DNA of 34,912 nt from Flavobacteriales bacterium (GCA_947472115.1 CANIZU010000003.1:1-34912); one strand, 5' to 3'; shown: positions 1-10,310, numbered from the stretch's first letter. Notes: a model not told the origin generated them from the letters alone. Made by a program: numbers and translations.

Positions 1-1013
1 GCAATGTTATTCACTGAGAAACTGCTCTGCAAAGGAGTGTACTTGTATAGCTGATTCAAGATTACGTTTGGAACCGCATCTCTTTTTAGTTCGAAAACTA
101 CGCGCATTCCCTGACGTCCGCTTTCATCGCGAACAGCCGATATACCATCAATCAACTTTTCATTGATCAAATCAACCGCTTTAAGGATAATCTGGGTTGG
201 TGTTACTTGGTAAGGAACTTCGGTAATGATGATCATTTCCTTACCAGTTGAGGTTACTTCGATTTCCGCCTTACCGCGCATTACAATCCTGCCACGACCT
301 GTTTCAAAGGCATCTTTAATACCCTCTACCCCGTAAATGCTACCTCCAGTTGGAAAATCTGGGCCCTTTACGTGATTCATCAACTCACTAATCTCGATGT
401 CTTTGTTATCGATATAGGCAATGATTCCTTCACACACTTCAGTTAAGTTGTGAGGCGCCATATTTGTTGCCATACCCACAGCAATACCGCTTGCTCCGTT
501 CACCAAAAGGTTAGGGATTTTTGCTGGCATTACGGAAGGCTCCTGCAAGCTTTCATCAAAGTTAGGTCTGAAATCAACAGTGTTCTTGTCGATGTCTACC
601 ATCATCTCTTCCGCAATCTTCCTTAAACGTGCCTCAGTATAACGCATCGCAGCCGGTGGATCTCCGTCGATTGAACCGAAGTTACCCTGTCCGTCAACGA
701 AGGGATAACGCAAACTCCAATCCTGAGCCATACGCACCATCGTATCGTATACAGAACTATCACCGTGTGGGTGATACTTTCCCAATACTTCCCCTACGAT
801 ACGGGCTGATTTCTTGTGCGCACGATTTGAAGCAAGCCCCAAGTCTGTCATACCGTATAAAACCCTTCTGTGAACTGGTTTTAAACCATCTCTAACGTCT
901 GGTAATGCCCTGGAAACAATCACCGACATTGAATAGTCGATGTAGGCTGTTTTCATTTCATCCTCAATGTTGATTGAGATAATTCTTTCTGTGTTTTCGT
1001 TTAGTTCATCCAT
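1..1013 (-). CDS. gyrA: DNA gyrase subunit A (5' portion; continues beyond the left edge; absent from ORF track)
   Basis: Manual minus-strand translation from ATG at 1013: [50 protein letters not shown]...[14 protein letters not shown]...[20 protein letters not shown], which includes the catalytic Tyr motif. Confidence 0.97.
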   Translation of the reverse strand, partial: MDELNENTERIISINIEDEMKTAYIDYSMSVIVSRALPDVRDGLKPVHRRVLYGMTDLGLASNRAHKKSARIVGEVLGKYHPHGDSSVYDTMVRMAQDWSLRYPFVDGQGNFGSIDGDPPAAMRYTEARLRKIAEEMMVDIDKNTVDFRPNFDESLQEPSVMPAKIPNLLVNGASGIAVGMATNMAPHNLTEVCEGIIAYIDNKDIEISELMNHVKGPDFPTGGSIYGVEGIKDAFETGRGRIVMRGKAEIEVTSTGKEMIIITEVPYQVTPTQIILKAVDLINEKLIDGISAVRDESGRQGMRVVFELKRDAVPNVILNQLYKYTPLQSSFSVNNI

Positions 1014-1120
1014 GAAAATAGTCGATTATACAAATAACGCCGAAATCGGGGTTGGTTGGTTGAATTTATTGGGGATGTTGCCCACAAATTTTATACATTT
1101 TTGGGGGCTTGTTGGCTATT

Positions 1121-1160
1121 AAAACAAAAGAGGAAAGGTTGCCCTTTCCTCTTTTGTTTT
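1121..1160. terminator. Intrinsic terminator downstream of the M16 peptidase gene; potentially bidirectional
   Basis: Perfect 18-bp inverted repeat AAAACAAAAGAGGAAAGG-TTGC-CCTTTCCTCTTTTGTTTT, 18 nt past the M16 stop; ends T-rich on both strands. Confidence 0.85.
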
Positions 1161-1178
1161 TCGCTATTCCGGAACGAC

Positions 1179-4124
1179 TTATTTTCGCAAGTCGGCCGGT
1201 GGATTGTATTGTACTTTTTTACGTGGCAATGAGGTGGTTCCAGGCTTCATATACTTGATTTTTCCTGCACCCGTAGGCTCCAACATTTGGATTTTGCCCA
1301 TGCCCAAAGCGTCTAACTTCGGCTGAAGATCAATGATATCACCCGCTACAACAACGGTTAGGTTTTCAAGATTCATTTCCTCTTTCGCCAATGTGTTAAT
1401 TTGCTCTTTGGTGATCGACTGTAGGACCTTTAACTGCTGGTCAGCAAAATCCATTGGCAAATTGCGATTGGCCATCTGAAGGATATAACCTGCTTTTTGT
1501 CCAATTGATTCGTATTCCAAAGATTCGCTCGCAATCAAAGCAGATTTTGTGAAATTGAATTCTTCGTCTGTAATGCCACCATTTTTATATCTCACCAATT
1601 CATCAACGATCTCGATAATTGCGCTGTCAGTGGCCCTTGCTTTAACTCCTGCACTGATTGTATAAGTACCTGGCATGTCTTTGTAAGCTGGAGAATATCC
1701 CCCACGAATACCATATGTCCATGCTTTGTCTTCCCGGATGTTCAAATTCAAACGAGAGTTGAAGTTACCAGCCAAAGCAAAGTTCATTATGTTGTTTTGG
1801 AAGAATTTTCCAGCATAATCATAAGGCTGTGACTTAAAGCCCAAGAAGATATCGCTCTGCTCAGCATCATTGTATTTCACGCCAAATATTTGCGGAGTTC
1901 CCATTTTCGTTGCGGCCACCGGCGTAGTGATGGTTACGGACTTCTTCTGCCAGCTATTCAAGAAGGCAAACTTTGTGTAGATTTCATCTTCAGAAACTGG
2001 CCCTACGACAACCATTTTTGTCAAATTGGGTACATAATTCGCCGCGTAATAAGCCTTGCAATTTTCCATGCTCACTTTGTCGTAATCGTCCGACAATAAA
2101 GCCGTTCCCAGTGCATTTTCGCCATTCATCAACCTGCGATAAGCGTTGCTTGCTCCGGTGCCACGGTTTGTTAGACTAGACTTCGCGCCTTCTTTAACCT
2201 GTTTCTTTGCTTTTTTGAATTCTGATTCATCCCAGCGGGGGTTGAACATCATTTCTTGCAACAAGACGATGGCAGCATCCAATTTGTCTTTTTCACAGCT
2301 CAAAGTGATACTAGTTCCTGTTGAACCGCCACCAAAGCCAATATTGACGCCCAATTTCTCAAATTCTTTTTCTAAGTCTTCAGGAGTTTTTGTCGATGTA
2401 CCCGTATTCATCGCAGAAGCGGTCATTTCCGCAGTACCTGCTGGGAATATTTTACCATCTTCCAACAATCTACCGCCTTCAATATTCAATTGTACGATAA
2501 CACGTGGAGTTTCATCGAAGTAGGTCGACCAAATTTCTAAACCATTATCCAACACCTTTTTAGCCACCTTAGGTGATTTTGCAGTTGTGATTTCTTTGGG
2601 TTGAGGGCGTACGCTGCGATCGAAATTGTCTTTTACAGGTCTTGGCGATAAACCTTTGTATTCAGCATCAGCCAAGGCGCTGGTAAATCCAGCATTTGGG
2701 TTAACACTTTGATACTTGGGCTTCTCTTCGCCCTCAGCAACCTGACTCGGGGTGATGATAACGGTAGAAGAGAATTTGTTTTTCAAGTACATGTTGTAAA
2801 CACGCATGATGTCGGCCTTGGTTAAGTTTCTATAACGACTTGCATCATCTTCCAAGTTATAACTGCTACCATCGGCATTCTTAGCATCCAAGTACCAGAA
2901 AGAACTCAAGTAGTTTGCTTTGGTACTAACATCTTCCAAACCGCTAGAATAATTACTTAGGATATTGGTTTTTGCACGATCCAAATCTTCATCAGAGAAA
3001 CCAATGATTCCAAAAGAATCGATGGCGCTTTTCATCATTTTTTGAAGTCTAGGTACATCTGAGTATGGATAACCAACGACAGTGAAAGAAATTTCACCGG
3101 CCAACTCATGGTTGATTGAACTCAATGGATTGTTGCTCGCATTGGCTTGTAATGCCCATTCTGCATCAACAAACTTCTTGTATAATGTAGAACTTCTTGT
3201 TCCACCCATCAAATAGGTCAACACGTCCAAAGCCGCTTCGTCCGCATGTCCAACCGGCACACCTACAAAAGTTGAATAAATCAATGGTACATAAGCATTC
3301 GCATCAGGATATGTCGCTACTTTATTTTCCAATAGTTTAACTCTTGGAACCGCCTGCTTTTTCACTTCCGGGCCGCGTTGAATGGCGCCAAAGAATTTAT
3401 CAACCCAAGCTACTACTTCGCTCGTGTTAACGTCACCGCTAACGATGATACACGCATTGTTTGGAGAGTACCAACGCAAAAAGAAGTTTTTGAGGTCATT
3501 GCTATCCGCGCGATCCAAATCATCAACAAAACCAATGGTTGACCAGCTGTATGGGTGCTCTTTTGGATACAATTCTTGGTCTTTTACCTCCATCAAAAAA
3601 CCATAGGGAGCATCATAACGCTCAGCCTTTTCATTTTTAACGGTACTACGTTGGATTTCAAATTTCTTATTGGTGAAAGCTTCAAGGAAAAATCCCATAC
3701 GATCCGCTTCCATCCAAAGGGCTGTCTCGGTAAAGTTGCTAGGGAAAGTTTCAATATACACGGTACGATCTCTAGTGGTGTTGCCATTGACATCTCCCCC
3801 ATAATTCTTAATGATTTTGAAATGTTCTTCATCGGCGATGTGCTTAGAACCTTGAAACAACATGTGCTCAAAGAAGTGCGCAAAGCCAGATTTTCCTCGG
3901 GTTTCTCTCGCAGATCCAACGTGATAAGTTACATTTAGGTGAGTCACTGGATCGCTGTGATCCTCACTTACCATAAGCGTTAAGCCATTGGGATACTGGA
4001 ATTTCTGGTAAGGGACAATCAATTTACCAGGTTTTGCATCCACCTTTTCGATAAGTGTTGCTTGTGCTTGTGTTAGGGAGATAAATGACCCAATCGACAA
4101 ACAGAGAACTAACAATTTTTTCAT
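1179..4124 (-). CDS. M16 family (pitrilysin/PqqL-like) zinc peptidase, exported
   Basis: Signal peptide; inverted zincin motif HFFEH with downstream Glu (EIQRSTVKNEK); the second half lacks HXXEH but keeps the R/Y pair (NIREDKAWTY). Confidence 0.93.
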   Translation of the reverse strand: MKKLLVLCLSIGSFISLTQAQATLIEKVDAKPGKLIVPYQKFQYPNGLTLMVSEDHSDPVTHLNVTYHVGSARETRGKSGFAHFFEHMLFQGSKHIADEEHFKIIKNYGGDVNGNTTRDRTVYIETFPSNFTETALWMEADRMGFFLEAFTNKKFEIQRSTVKNEKAERYDAPYGFLMEVKDQELYPKEHPYSWSTIGFVDDLDRADSNDLKNFFLRWYSPNNACIIVSGDVNTSEVVAWVDKFFGAIQRGPEVKKQAVPRVKLLENKVATYPDANAYVPLIYSTFVGVPVGHADEAALDVLTYLMGGTRSSTLYKKFVDAEWALQANASNNPLSSINHELAGEISFTVVGYPYSDVPRLQKMMKSAIDSFGIIGFSDEDLDRAKTNILSNYSSGLEDVSTKANYLSSFWYLDAKNADGSSYNLEDDASRYRNLTKADIMRVYNMYLKNKFSSTVIITPSQVAEGEEKPKYQSVNPNAGFTSALADAEYKGLSPRPVKDNFDRSVRPQPKEITTAKSPKVAKKVLDNGLEIWSTYFDETPRVIVQLNIEGGRLLEDGKIFPAGTAEMTASAMNTGTSTKTPEDLEKEFEKLGVNIGFGGGSTGTSITLSCEKDKLDAAIVLLQEMMFNPRWDESEFKKAKKQVKEGAKSSLTNRGTGASNAYRRLMNGENALGTALLSDDYDKVSMENCKAYYAANYVPNLTKMVVVGPVSEDEIYTKFAFLNSWQKKSVTITTPVAATKMGTPQIFGVKYNDAEQSDIFLGFKSQPYDYAGKFFQNNIMNFALAGNFNSRLNLNIREDKAWTYGIRGGYSPAYKDMPGTYTISAGVKARATDSAIIEIVDELVRYKNGGITDEEFNFTKSALIASESLEYESIGQKAGYILQMANRNLPMDFADQQLKVLQSITKEQINTLAKEEMNLENLTVVVAGDIIDLQPKLDALGMGKIQMLEPTGAGKIKYMKPGTTSLPRKKVQYNPPADLRK

Positions 4125-4132
4125 AAGTTCTG

Positions 4133-4140
4133 CGAAGTTA
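4133..4140 (-). promoter_or_regulatory. Putative Bacteroidota -7 promoter element (TAACTTCG variant) for the M16 peptidase
   Basis: One mismatch to TAnnTTTG, 8 nt upstream of ATG 4124. Confidence 0.55.
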
Positions 4141-4252
4141 ATAAATTATTAAAGTGAGCCGTACAGTTCTCGGCTAATGTGGATTTTTCTTAGATAAATA
4201 TTTGAGCAGCGCCTCCACATTGATGCGTTGGCCCATCATTATTTGGTTTAGC

Positions 4253-7060
4253 TCACTTCAGTTTTTCCATCAAATAAGGACCGGTGATGCTATCGGTCGC
4301 CAAATGGATATCTTCAGGCAGTCCTTGAAACACCAAATTCCCACCCGCATTGCCCGCTTCAGGGCCTAAATCGATGATCCAGTCGGCGCACTTTATGACA
4401 TCCAAATTGTGTTCGATACAAATAACGGTGTTTCCCTGGGCGATTAATGCCTGGAAGGATGCCATCAATTTCTTGATATCGTGGAAGTGCAAGCCGGTAG
4501 TGGGTTCGTCAAAAATAAACAAGGTCCCACCCTCTTTATTTGGACTCGCTTTGCTTAGAAAGAATGCCAATTTTACTCGCTGCGCCTCTCCTCCACTCAA
4601 TGTATTCGATCCTTGTCCTAGTTTCACATAGCCTAAACCTACATCTTGTAATGGCTTTAGGCGATCCCTGACATTTTTTAGGTCATCAAAGAAAATCATC
4701 GCCTCATCCACCGTCAATTCTAATACATCAAAGATGCTTTTGCCATTGTATTCAACTTCAAGGACCTCTTTTTTGTAACGCTGTCCGCCACATGCCTCAC
4801 ATTCCAATTTAATATCGGCCATGAATTGCATTTCGATCACTGTTTCACCTTCGCCCTGACAGTTATCGCATCTTCCACCATCCACATTGAAAGAGAAATG
4901 AGAAGGTTTAAATCCGTTGAATTTAGACGTAGGGGTATTGGCAAAAAGGTCTCGAATTTCATCAAAAGCCTTGACGTATGTCACGGGGTTACTCCGACTA
5001 CTCTTGCCGATGGGGTTCTGATCCACCATTTCGATCGCTTTAATCAATGAAATCGATCCGGATAGTTTTTTGTGTTTGCCAGGCTTTATCGTACTAAACT
5101 GCCCCAATTCACGACTCAATGCGGGGAATAAAACCTGTTTGATTAACGTTGTTTTTCCTGATCCTGAAACGCCTGTGACTGCAGTTAAGGACTCCAGTGG
5201 AAACTTAGCGGTTACATTCTTAAGGTTGTTGGCCGTCGCATCCTCAATTTCGATGAAATGTGGCGTTTTTCTGCGGGTTTTGGGTACCGCTATCTCTTCG
5301 ATATGATTCAGATATTTTGATGTCAAGCTGCTTTCGCAATCTCTCAAACCTTCAAAAGTTCCTTGATACAGCAATTTCCCCCCATGAGTTCCAGCCAAAG
5401 GCCCAATATCAATAAGGTTTTCAGCACTTCGCATAATCTCCTCATCGTGCTCCACAACAATTACAGTATTTCCTTCGTTTTGAAGCGCTTTTAATACCGT
5501 AATGAGTCTTTCCGTATCTCTTGAGTGTAATCCAATACTTGGTTCATCGAGAATATACATTGAACCGGTTAAATTGCTCCCCAACGAAGTCGCCAAGTTG
5601 ATTCTCTGACTTTCTCCACCGCTTAGGGTATTGCTTAAGCGATTCAACGACAAATAGCCCAAACCCACATCGCTCAAGAATTGAAGTCGATTCTGTATCT
5701 CTTCGATGATTCTATAGGCAATGGCTTGGTCGGTTTCGTTTAATTTTAAATGATTGAAATAATCCAAGCCTTTATCAACCTCCATCAATAATAGCTCTTG
5801 AATATTTAGATATTTGGGATGGTTTTGTTCGTCAAAATCGGAAATGATTTTTACGTAGGCTGCTTCTTTTCTGAGTCGTGTTCCCAAGCAATCCGGACAG
5901 GTAGTTTTGCCTCTATATCTAGCAGCAAGTACACGGTATTGAATTTTGTATGATTTCTCTTCGATGTATTTAAAGAAGTCGAAAATTCCTGGTAATGCTT
6001 TGCTCCCATTCCACAGGAGTTGCAGTTGCTCTTCATTCAAATCTCTAATGGCTCTGTGAATTGGGAAGTCCACTTTGTTGGCCAATCGGATAAAATCGTT
6101 GCGCCACTCTCCCATCACTTCGCCTTTCCAAGGCGCCACTGCGCCTTCAAAAACACTCAACGATGTATCTGGAATAATAAGGTCGTTATCTAAACCCAAT
6201 ACTGAACCAAACCCTTCGCAAGTTCTGCAAGCACCATGCGGGTTGTTGAAACTAAGGAAATCTCGGGTTGGAAGTTCGAATTTCATACCATCCATTTCAA
6301 AACGGTTGTTGAATTCTACCTTCTCCTTCGTATCGGTTAAATAAATACTACAATTTCCTTCGCCTTCCCAAAACGCAGTTTCGCAAGCATCAAACAATCT
6401 TGATTGAAATTCTTCATCGTCCTTTTGAATCGTCAAGCGATCTACGATGATAAAAAGTTCAGTTTCAATGGATGTGGCATCATCAATTAGCGTTTGAACA
6501 TTGACTGTTTCATTATTAATCCAAACACGACTATATCCTTTCTGAATGAGTAAATCCCAGTCGGTGTGGGCAAACATTTTTTTTGTTTGCGGGGCTAGAA
6601 TCAGAAATCGTTCGCCATCTTCTCGATTTAGGCAATAATGATAAACATCTTCAGACGATTCTCGTTTCACCTCCCTACCAGAGAGTGGCGAAATCGTATG
6701 ACCGGCTCTGCTGAATAGCAATTTGATATAATCGTAAATTTCCGTTGAAGTAGCGACGGTACTTCTCGGATTTCGAGTGTTCACTTTTTGTTCGATAGCA
6801 ACCGCCGGGCAAAGGCCTTGTATGTCGTCCACCAAAGGCTTTTTCATCCGTCCAAGAAACTGTCTGGCATAGCTGCTTAGGCTTTCCACGTATCGACGTT
6901 GACCTTCGGCGAATAAGGTTTCAAAAACCAAACTTGACTTGCCACTCCCTGAAACTCCAGTGACCACAGTAAATGAGCCATGGTCAATATCAACACTTAC
7001 TTGCTGTAAATTGTGCTGTTGAGCATTGATGATTTTAATTTTCTTTTCTATTGAAGACAC
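4253..7060 (-). CDS. uvrA: Excinuclease ABC subunit UvrA
   Basis: Two ABC ATPase modules (GVSGSGKS and GVSGSGKT, LSGGE twice, ILDEP and IFDEP), AEGQRRYVESLSSYARQFL motif, CxxC zinc fingers; GTG start. Confidence 0.96.
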   Translation of the reverse strand: MSSIEKKIKIINAQQHNLQQVSVDIDHGSFTVVTGVSGSGKSSLVFETLFAEGQRRYVESLSSYARQFLGRMKKPLVDDIQGLCPAVAIEQKVNTRNPRSTVATSTEIYDYIKLLFSRAGHTISPLSGREVKRESSEDVYHYCLNREDGERFLILAPQTKKMFAHTDWDLLIQKGYSRVWINNETVNVQTLIDDATSIETELFIIVDRLTIQKDDEEFQSRLFDACETAFWEGEGNCSIYLTDTKEKVEFNNRFEMDGMKFELPTRDFLSFNNPHGACRTCEGFGSVLGLDNDLIIPDTSLSVFEGAVAPWKGEVMGEWRNDFIRLANKVDFPIHRAIRDLNEEQLQLLWNGSKALPGIFDFFKYIEEKSYKIQYRVLAARYRGKTTCPDCLGTRLRKEAAYVKIISDFDEQNHPKYLNIQELLLMEVDKGLDYFNHLKLNETDQAIAYRIIEEIQNRLQFLSDVGLGYLSLNRLSNTLSGGESQRINLATSLGSNLTGSMYILDEPSIGLHSRDTERLITVLKALQNEGNTVIVVEHDEEIMRSAENLIDIGPLAGTHGGKLLYQGTFEGLRDCESSLTSKYLNHIEEIAVPKTRRKTPHFIEIEDATANNLKNVTAKFPLESLTAVTGVSGSGKTTLIKQVLFPALSRELGQFSTIKPGKHKKLSGSISLIKAIEMVDQNPIGKSSRSNPVTYVKAFDEIRDLFANTPTSKFNGFKPSHFSFNVDGGRCDNCQGEGETVIEMQFMADIKLECEACGGQRYKKEVLEVEYNGKSIFDVLELTVDEAMIFFDDLKNVRDRLKPLQDVGLGYVKLGQGSNTLSGGEAQRVKLAFFLSKASPNKEGGTLFIFDEPTTGLHFHDIKKLMASFQALIAQGNTVICIEHNLDVIKCADWIIDLGPEAGNAGGNLVFQGLPEDIHLATDSITGPYLMEKLK

Positions 7061-7082
7061 GTGTTGGGTAATTCTTTAATTG

Positions 7083-7943
7083 TTATTGAATGGTGTCTTT
7101 TTGGATGGCTGCTCCAGCACAAATGCCACGACCGTTGGTGATGTTGCTATAAACGGGTGATGGGTCTGAGAAAATACCAGATTGTGCTTTATAACTCGCC
7201 AATGACTGCAGGTAACGATAATAATCATCGCTCAGTGATCGAACTTCTACCAAGAATTTATATTGGATGCCTGCGCTTCCGTAACTGGTAATAAAATCAA
7301 ACTGTTTCGCCGATCCGTTAAAACTTCTGTCATCTATTAGAATTCCACCAATATCAGTTTTAATTCCATTTTCATTCAAGAAAGGATCCGTTGTTGTTGG
7401 TGGCATAATTAACCATTCTTGGGTAAAGTCATCAAATCGATATAAATTGATTTCGTAATAGTTTCGCTCAGAGCTTGGATCTGAAATAAAGCATGTCAAA
7501 GTACCCGTTTCAAAACCCAATGAATCAAAACCCGTTTTATTCTTCCAAGTTGATTTTGCACTTACTACTCTATTGGGAATTGTTAATGTGCCAAAAGCGG
7601 TATTGAAATTATTTTTCTCCACTCTAACTGTATATATTCTGCCGGGTGAAGGTTTGAATTTCGCCAAGTATTTCTGTACGGAGAGATCATAAACCAAGGT
7701 CTCTGTTGTGGATCCATCGTTTACCGTCACGATTGCATTTTCAATCATCTTGGGAGGATTGGTATCGTTTATTGGAATCGTAGATGATACTTGCGCAGAA
7801 AACAGTTCATCGCTATTGACAAATGAATTTAATACCAATTTGGGTGTATGTTGAATGCTCGACATATCCAATTCGGTTTCGCAACCCAAGATGAAGGTTG
7901 AAATGATAAAGCCAGTTAGACCAATTAAGTTGAATCGTTTCAT
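7083..7943 (-). CDS. DUF4249-family lipoprotein, partner of the upstream TonB-dependent receptor
   Basis: Lipobox ILGC-ETELD; PKLVLNSF near the N-terminus; C-terminal YYRYL...PSPVYSNITNGRGI typical of DUF4249; starts 1 nt after the receptor stop. Confidence 0.85.
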   Translation of the reverse strand: MKRFNLIGLTGFIISTFILGCETELDMSSIQHTPKLVLNSFVNSDELFSAQVSSTIPINDTNPPKMIENAIVTVNDGSTTETLVYDLSVQKYLAKFKPSPGRIYTVRVEKNNFNTAFGTLTIPNRVVSAKSTWKNKTGFDSLGFETGTLTCFISDPSSERNYYEINLYRFDDFTQEWLIMPPTTTDPFLNENGIKTDIGGILIDDRSFNGSAKQFDFITSYGSAGIQYKFLVEVRSLSDDYYRYLQSLASYKAQSGIFSDPSPVYSNITNGRGICAGAAIQKDTIQ

Positions 7944-7944
7944 A

Positions 7945-10284
7945 TTAAAATTCTATTCGATAGAAGCCGGAAGGAATAAAAACAAAGGCAGAGGTCCCTT
8001 TTAGAACTACATTATTTGAATTTGGATCAAAAGTTAATTTGGCATTCATTGGATTTCTAACACCTAATATATTGTATACTTGCACACCCCAAAACTCCTT
8101 ATATCCTCGATTGTAGAAAGGTTTGATTTGCTTTGTAAATCCTAAATCAATGCGTCGGTAGGCCGGCATCCTGTAATTGTTTTTCTCGCTGTAGTCGTAT
8201 ACCAATTTGTTGTCGGTGGTAAGATACTTACCCGTTGGAACACTATAAACATTGCCACTCATATACATTGCAGCGAAATTTATCTTAAACCACGTTTCAA
8301 CCTGAAAAGTTAGTTGTGTTTTGAATTGATGCGGACGGTCCCAACGATATCTGAATTCTTCTCCATTATTAATGAATTCGAACGTTCGATTTGATTGCGA
8401 ATACGTATAGCTGGTTAGCCCCGTAACTTTACCTGATTTTTTTGATAGTAGAAACTCGATGCCGCGGCTGTTTCCTATGCCCTGCACAACACTTCTTTCC
8501 CAAAAATTCTTTACCAACGGATCCTCATCAATCCCAGTTAAATCAGTAATTCCTTTGTATTTTTTGTAATAAAATTCTGTCGAGAATTCAATTCCAGCGC
8601 TCACCGGCATGATGTAAGCAGCACTGAATTGAGATGTTTGCTGTGGTTTGAATGTAGCACTACTAGGAAACCAAACATCGCTCGGCAGCACTCCATTCAC
8701 ACTTGATAATTGGTGTAGGCCTTGATTTGCGACAGAATAGCCTAATTGTAATCGTTTTTTGCCTTCAAGTAACTGACTAATGATGATTCTAGGTTCTGGA
8801 CGAAAATAAGTCTTAGTTCCTGTGAAAAACGTCCACAATCTAACGCCGATGTTCATACTTAATCCAATGTTTGGGTGAACGTCTAACTCTGCATAATTAG
8901 CCCATTCCAAATTCGTCTGCACGTTAGCCATGCCGTAGGTGGTATCCGTGTTTCCGGTATTGGTTTGATCAATTAGGTGGAGTTGACCTGGTTGTAAATT
9001 ATGCAATGTTAAATGACTCCCATAATTAATGGTTTGTCGAGGATTTCTAACATAAGAAAAGTCACCATTCACGGTGTAATCGGTAATTGAATTACTCGAT
9101 TTCTCACTCAATTTGGCGGTTTTTGTAGTTCCACCTTGAGTAATACTGCCATCCAAATCGAAGTTGGTGTAGTATTTATATCTCGATAGCCCCATCGTAA
9201 TTGACCCAAAGTGATTGGAGTAAAACTCGTGCGACCATCTGGCACCGATTTGTGTGTTTTGCCAAGAGGTTAGATTCTTTAGGGTATAAACTAAACGACG
9301 TCCCAAGCTATCCGTTTCGTCAACCGAAAAGGAAAGCCCATATTTGTCGCGTCCATTATAAGCCCAATAATTCCATTGCGTGTATTGATTTTTCTTGTAA
9401 TCAACCCTCGCGTTAATGTCATGAATATTGCCAATTAACCCACTGTTGCTGCTACTGCCCGCCCCAACAATCCAATCTAAATAACTTCTGCGAATGGCAA
9501 TTGAACTCGTCACCTTACCTCTGTGATCCAGCGGCCCGTCCATTGCTATTGTTGTGGTTATTGGGTCGATATGTATTTTACCCGTCCAATCTTTTGCGGC
9601 TCCCCCTGATGTTTGGACATCCAATACCCCACCACCGGCTCTTCCTCCATATCTTGCCGGAGCGACACCGCGATAAAACTCAACAGATTTTAGAATGTGA
9701 GGATTGTAATTCGAAACAAATCCAAAAAGGTGCCCATTGCCGTAAAGTGGCAAGCCATTCATCAATTGTAAATTTTGATCGGGGTTGGAGCCACGAACTA
9801 CGAGGCCAGATAAGCCTTCCACACCGCCCGATACCCCTGGTAGAAACTGAAGGTATTTCACGGGATCGGCAACACTTCCGATACTCGGCGATTCAATAAT
9901 TTGCTTCTGAGTAGGAGAATAGAATGACGGCTTCATGTTAAACAACGACAAATACTCTTCCGCGGAATCTAATTCGTTGTATCCGATGGGTTTTAGGAAG
10001 AAATTTTTATTTACAGAAGCCTCTACGTCGATTTCGATTTTCTGAGTTTTAAAACCAGCCGCAGCAACTATGATAATTTTATTGCCATGGGTTGTTCCAA
10101 ATTGATAATAACCATGATCGTTAGATTCAACAGATGCATTTGTAGTGGAATCAATTAAGATTGCACCAGGAATAGTTTCAAGCGTTTTCTTGTTATAAAT
10201 CCAACCCGTAATGGCTGGAATTTGCGCCAAAAGCCCTGCAGCATTCAAACTCAATACCAACGAAAATATTTTCGCAATTCTCAT
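7945..10284 (-). CDS. TonB-dependent receptor (CarboxypepD_reg-like N-domain, plug, beta-barrel)
   Basis: Plug motifs LQFLPGV, VRGSNPDQN, PARYGGR; C-terminal YRIEF. Start moved from 10314 to ATG 10284, because that gives a clean signal peptide (MRIAKIFSLVLSLNAAGLLAQ) and a -7 element lies at 10290-10297. Confidence 0.9.
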   Translation of the reverse strand: MRIAKIFSLVLSLNAAGLLAQIPAITGWIYNKKTLETIPGAILIDSTTNASVESNDHGYYQFGTTHGNKIIIVAAAGFKTQKIEIDVEASVNKNFFLKPIGYNELDSAEEYLSLFNMKPSFYSPTQKQIIESPSIGSVADPVKYLQFLPGVSGGVEGLSGLVVRGSNPDQNLQLMNGLPLYGNGHLFGFVSNYNPHILKSVEFYRGVAPARYGGRAGGGVLDVQTSGGAAKDWTGKIHIDPITTTIAMDGPLDHRGKVTSSIAIRRSYLDWIVGAGSSSNSGLIGNIHDINARVDYKKNQYTQWNYWAYNGRDKYGLSFSVDETDSLGRRLVYTLKNLTSWQNTQIGARWSHEFYSNHFGSITMGLSRYKYYTNFDLDGSITQGGTTKTAKLSEKSSNSITDYTVNGDFSYVRNPRQTINYGSHLTLHNLQPGQLHLIDQTNTGNTDTTYGMANVQTNLEWANYAELDVHPNIGLSMNIGVRLWTFFTGTKTYFRPEPRIIISQLLEGKKRLQLGYSVANQGLHQLSSVNGVLPSDVWFPSSATFKPQQTSQFSAAYIMPVSAGIEFSTEFYYKKYKGITDLTGIDEDPLVKNFWERSVVQGIGNSRGIEFLLSKKSGKVTGLTSYTYSQSNRTFEFINNGEEFRYRWDRPHQFKTQLTFQVETWFKINFAAMYMSGNVYSVPTGKYLTTDNKLVYDYSEKNNYRMPAYRRIDLGFTKQIKPFYNRGYKEFWGVQVYNILGVRNPMNAKLTFDPNSNNVVLKGTSAFVFIPSGFYRIEF

Positions 10285-10289
10285 CCTTA

Positions 10290-10297
10290 CAAATATA
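10290..10297 (-). promoter_or_regulatory. Bacteroidota -7 promoter element TATATTTG for the TonB receptor operon
   Basis: Exact TAnnTTTG match 5 nt upstream of ATG 10284. Confidence 0.6.
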
Positions 10298-10310
10298 AGC
10301 CTTTCAAAGG

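Noticed and set aside
629-895. 88-aa plus-strand ORF
   Set aside because: Antisense to the conserved gyrA coding region.
4157-4221. Short inverted repeats between uvrA and the M16 gene (AGCCG/CGGCT; AATGTGGA/TCCACATT)
   Set aside because: Short stems, long loops and no convincing U-tract; not supportable as a terminator, riboswitch or operator.
1890-6344. Many short ORFs overlapping the M16 peptidase and uvrA (e.g. 2146-2523, 3555-3938, 4350-4631)
   Set aside because: Antisense or alternate-frame shadows of well-supported genes, with no motifs or expression signals.
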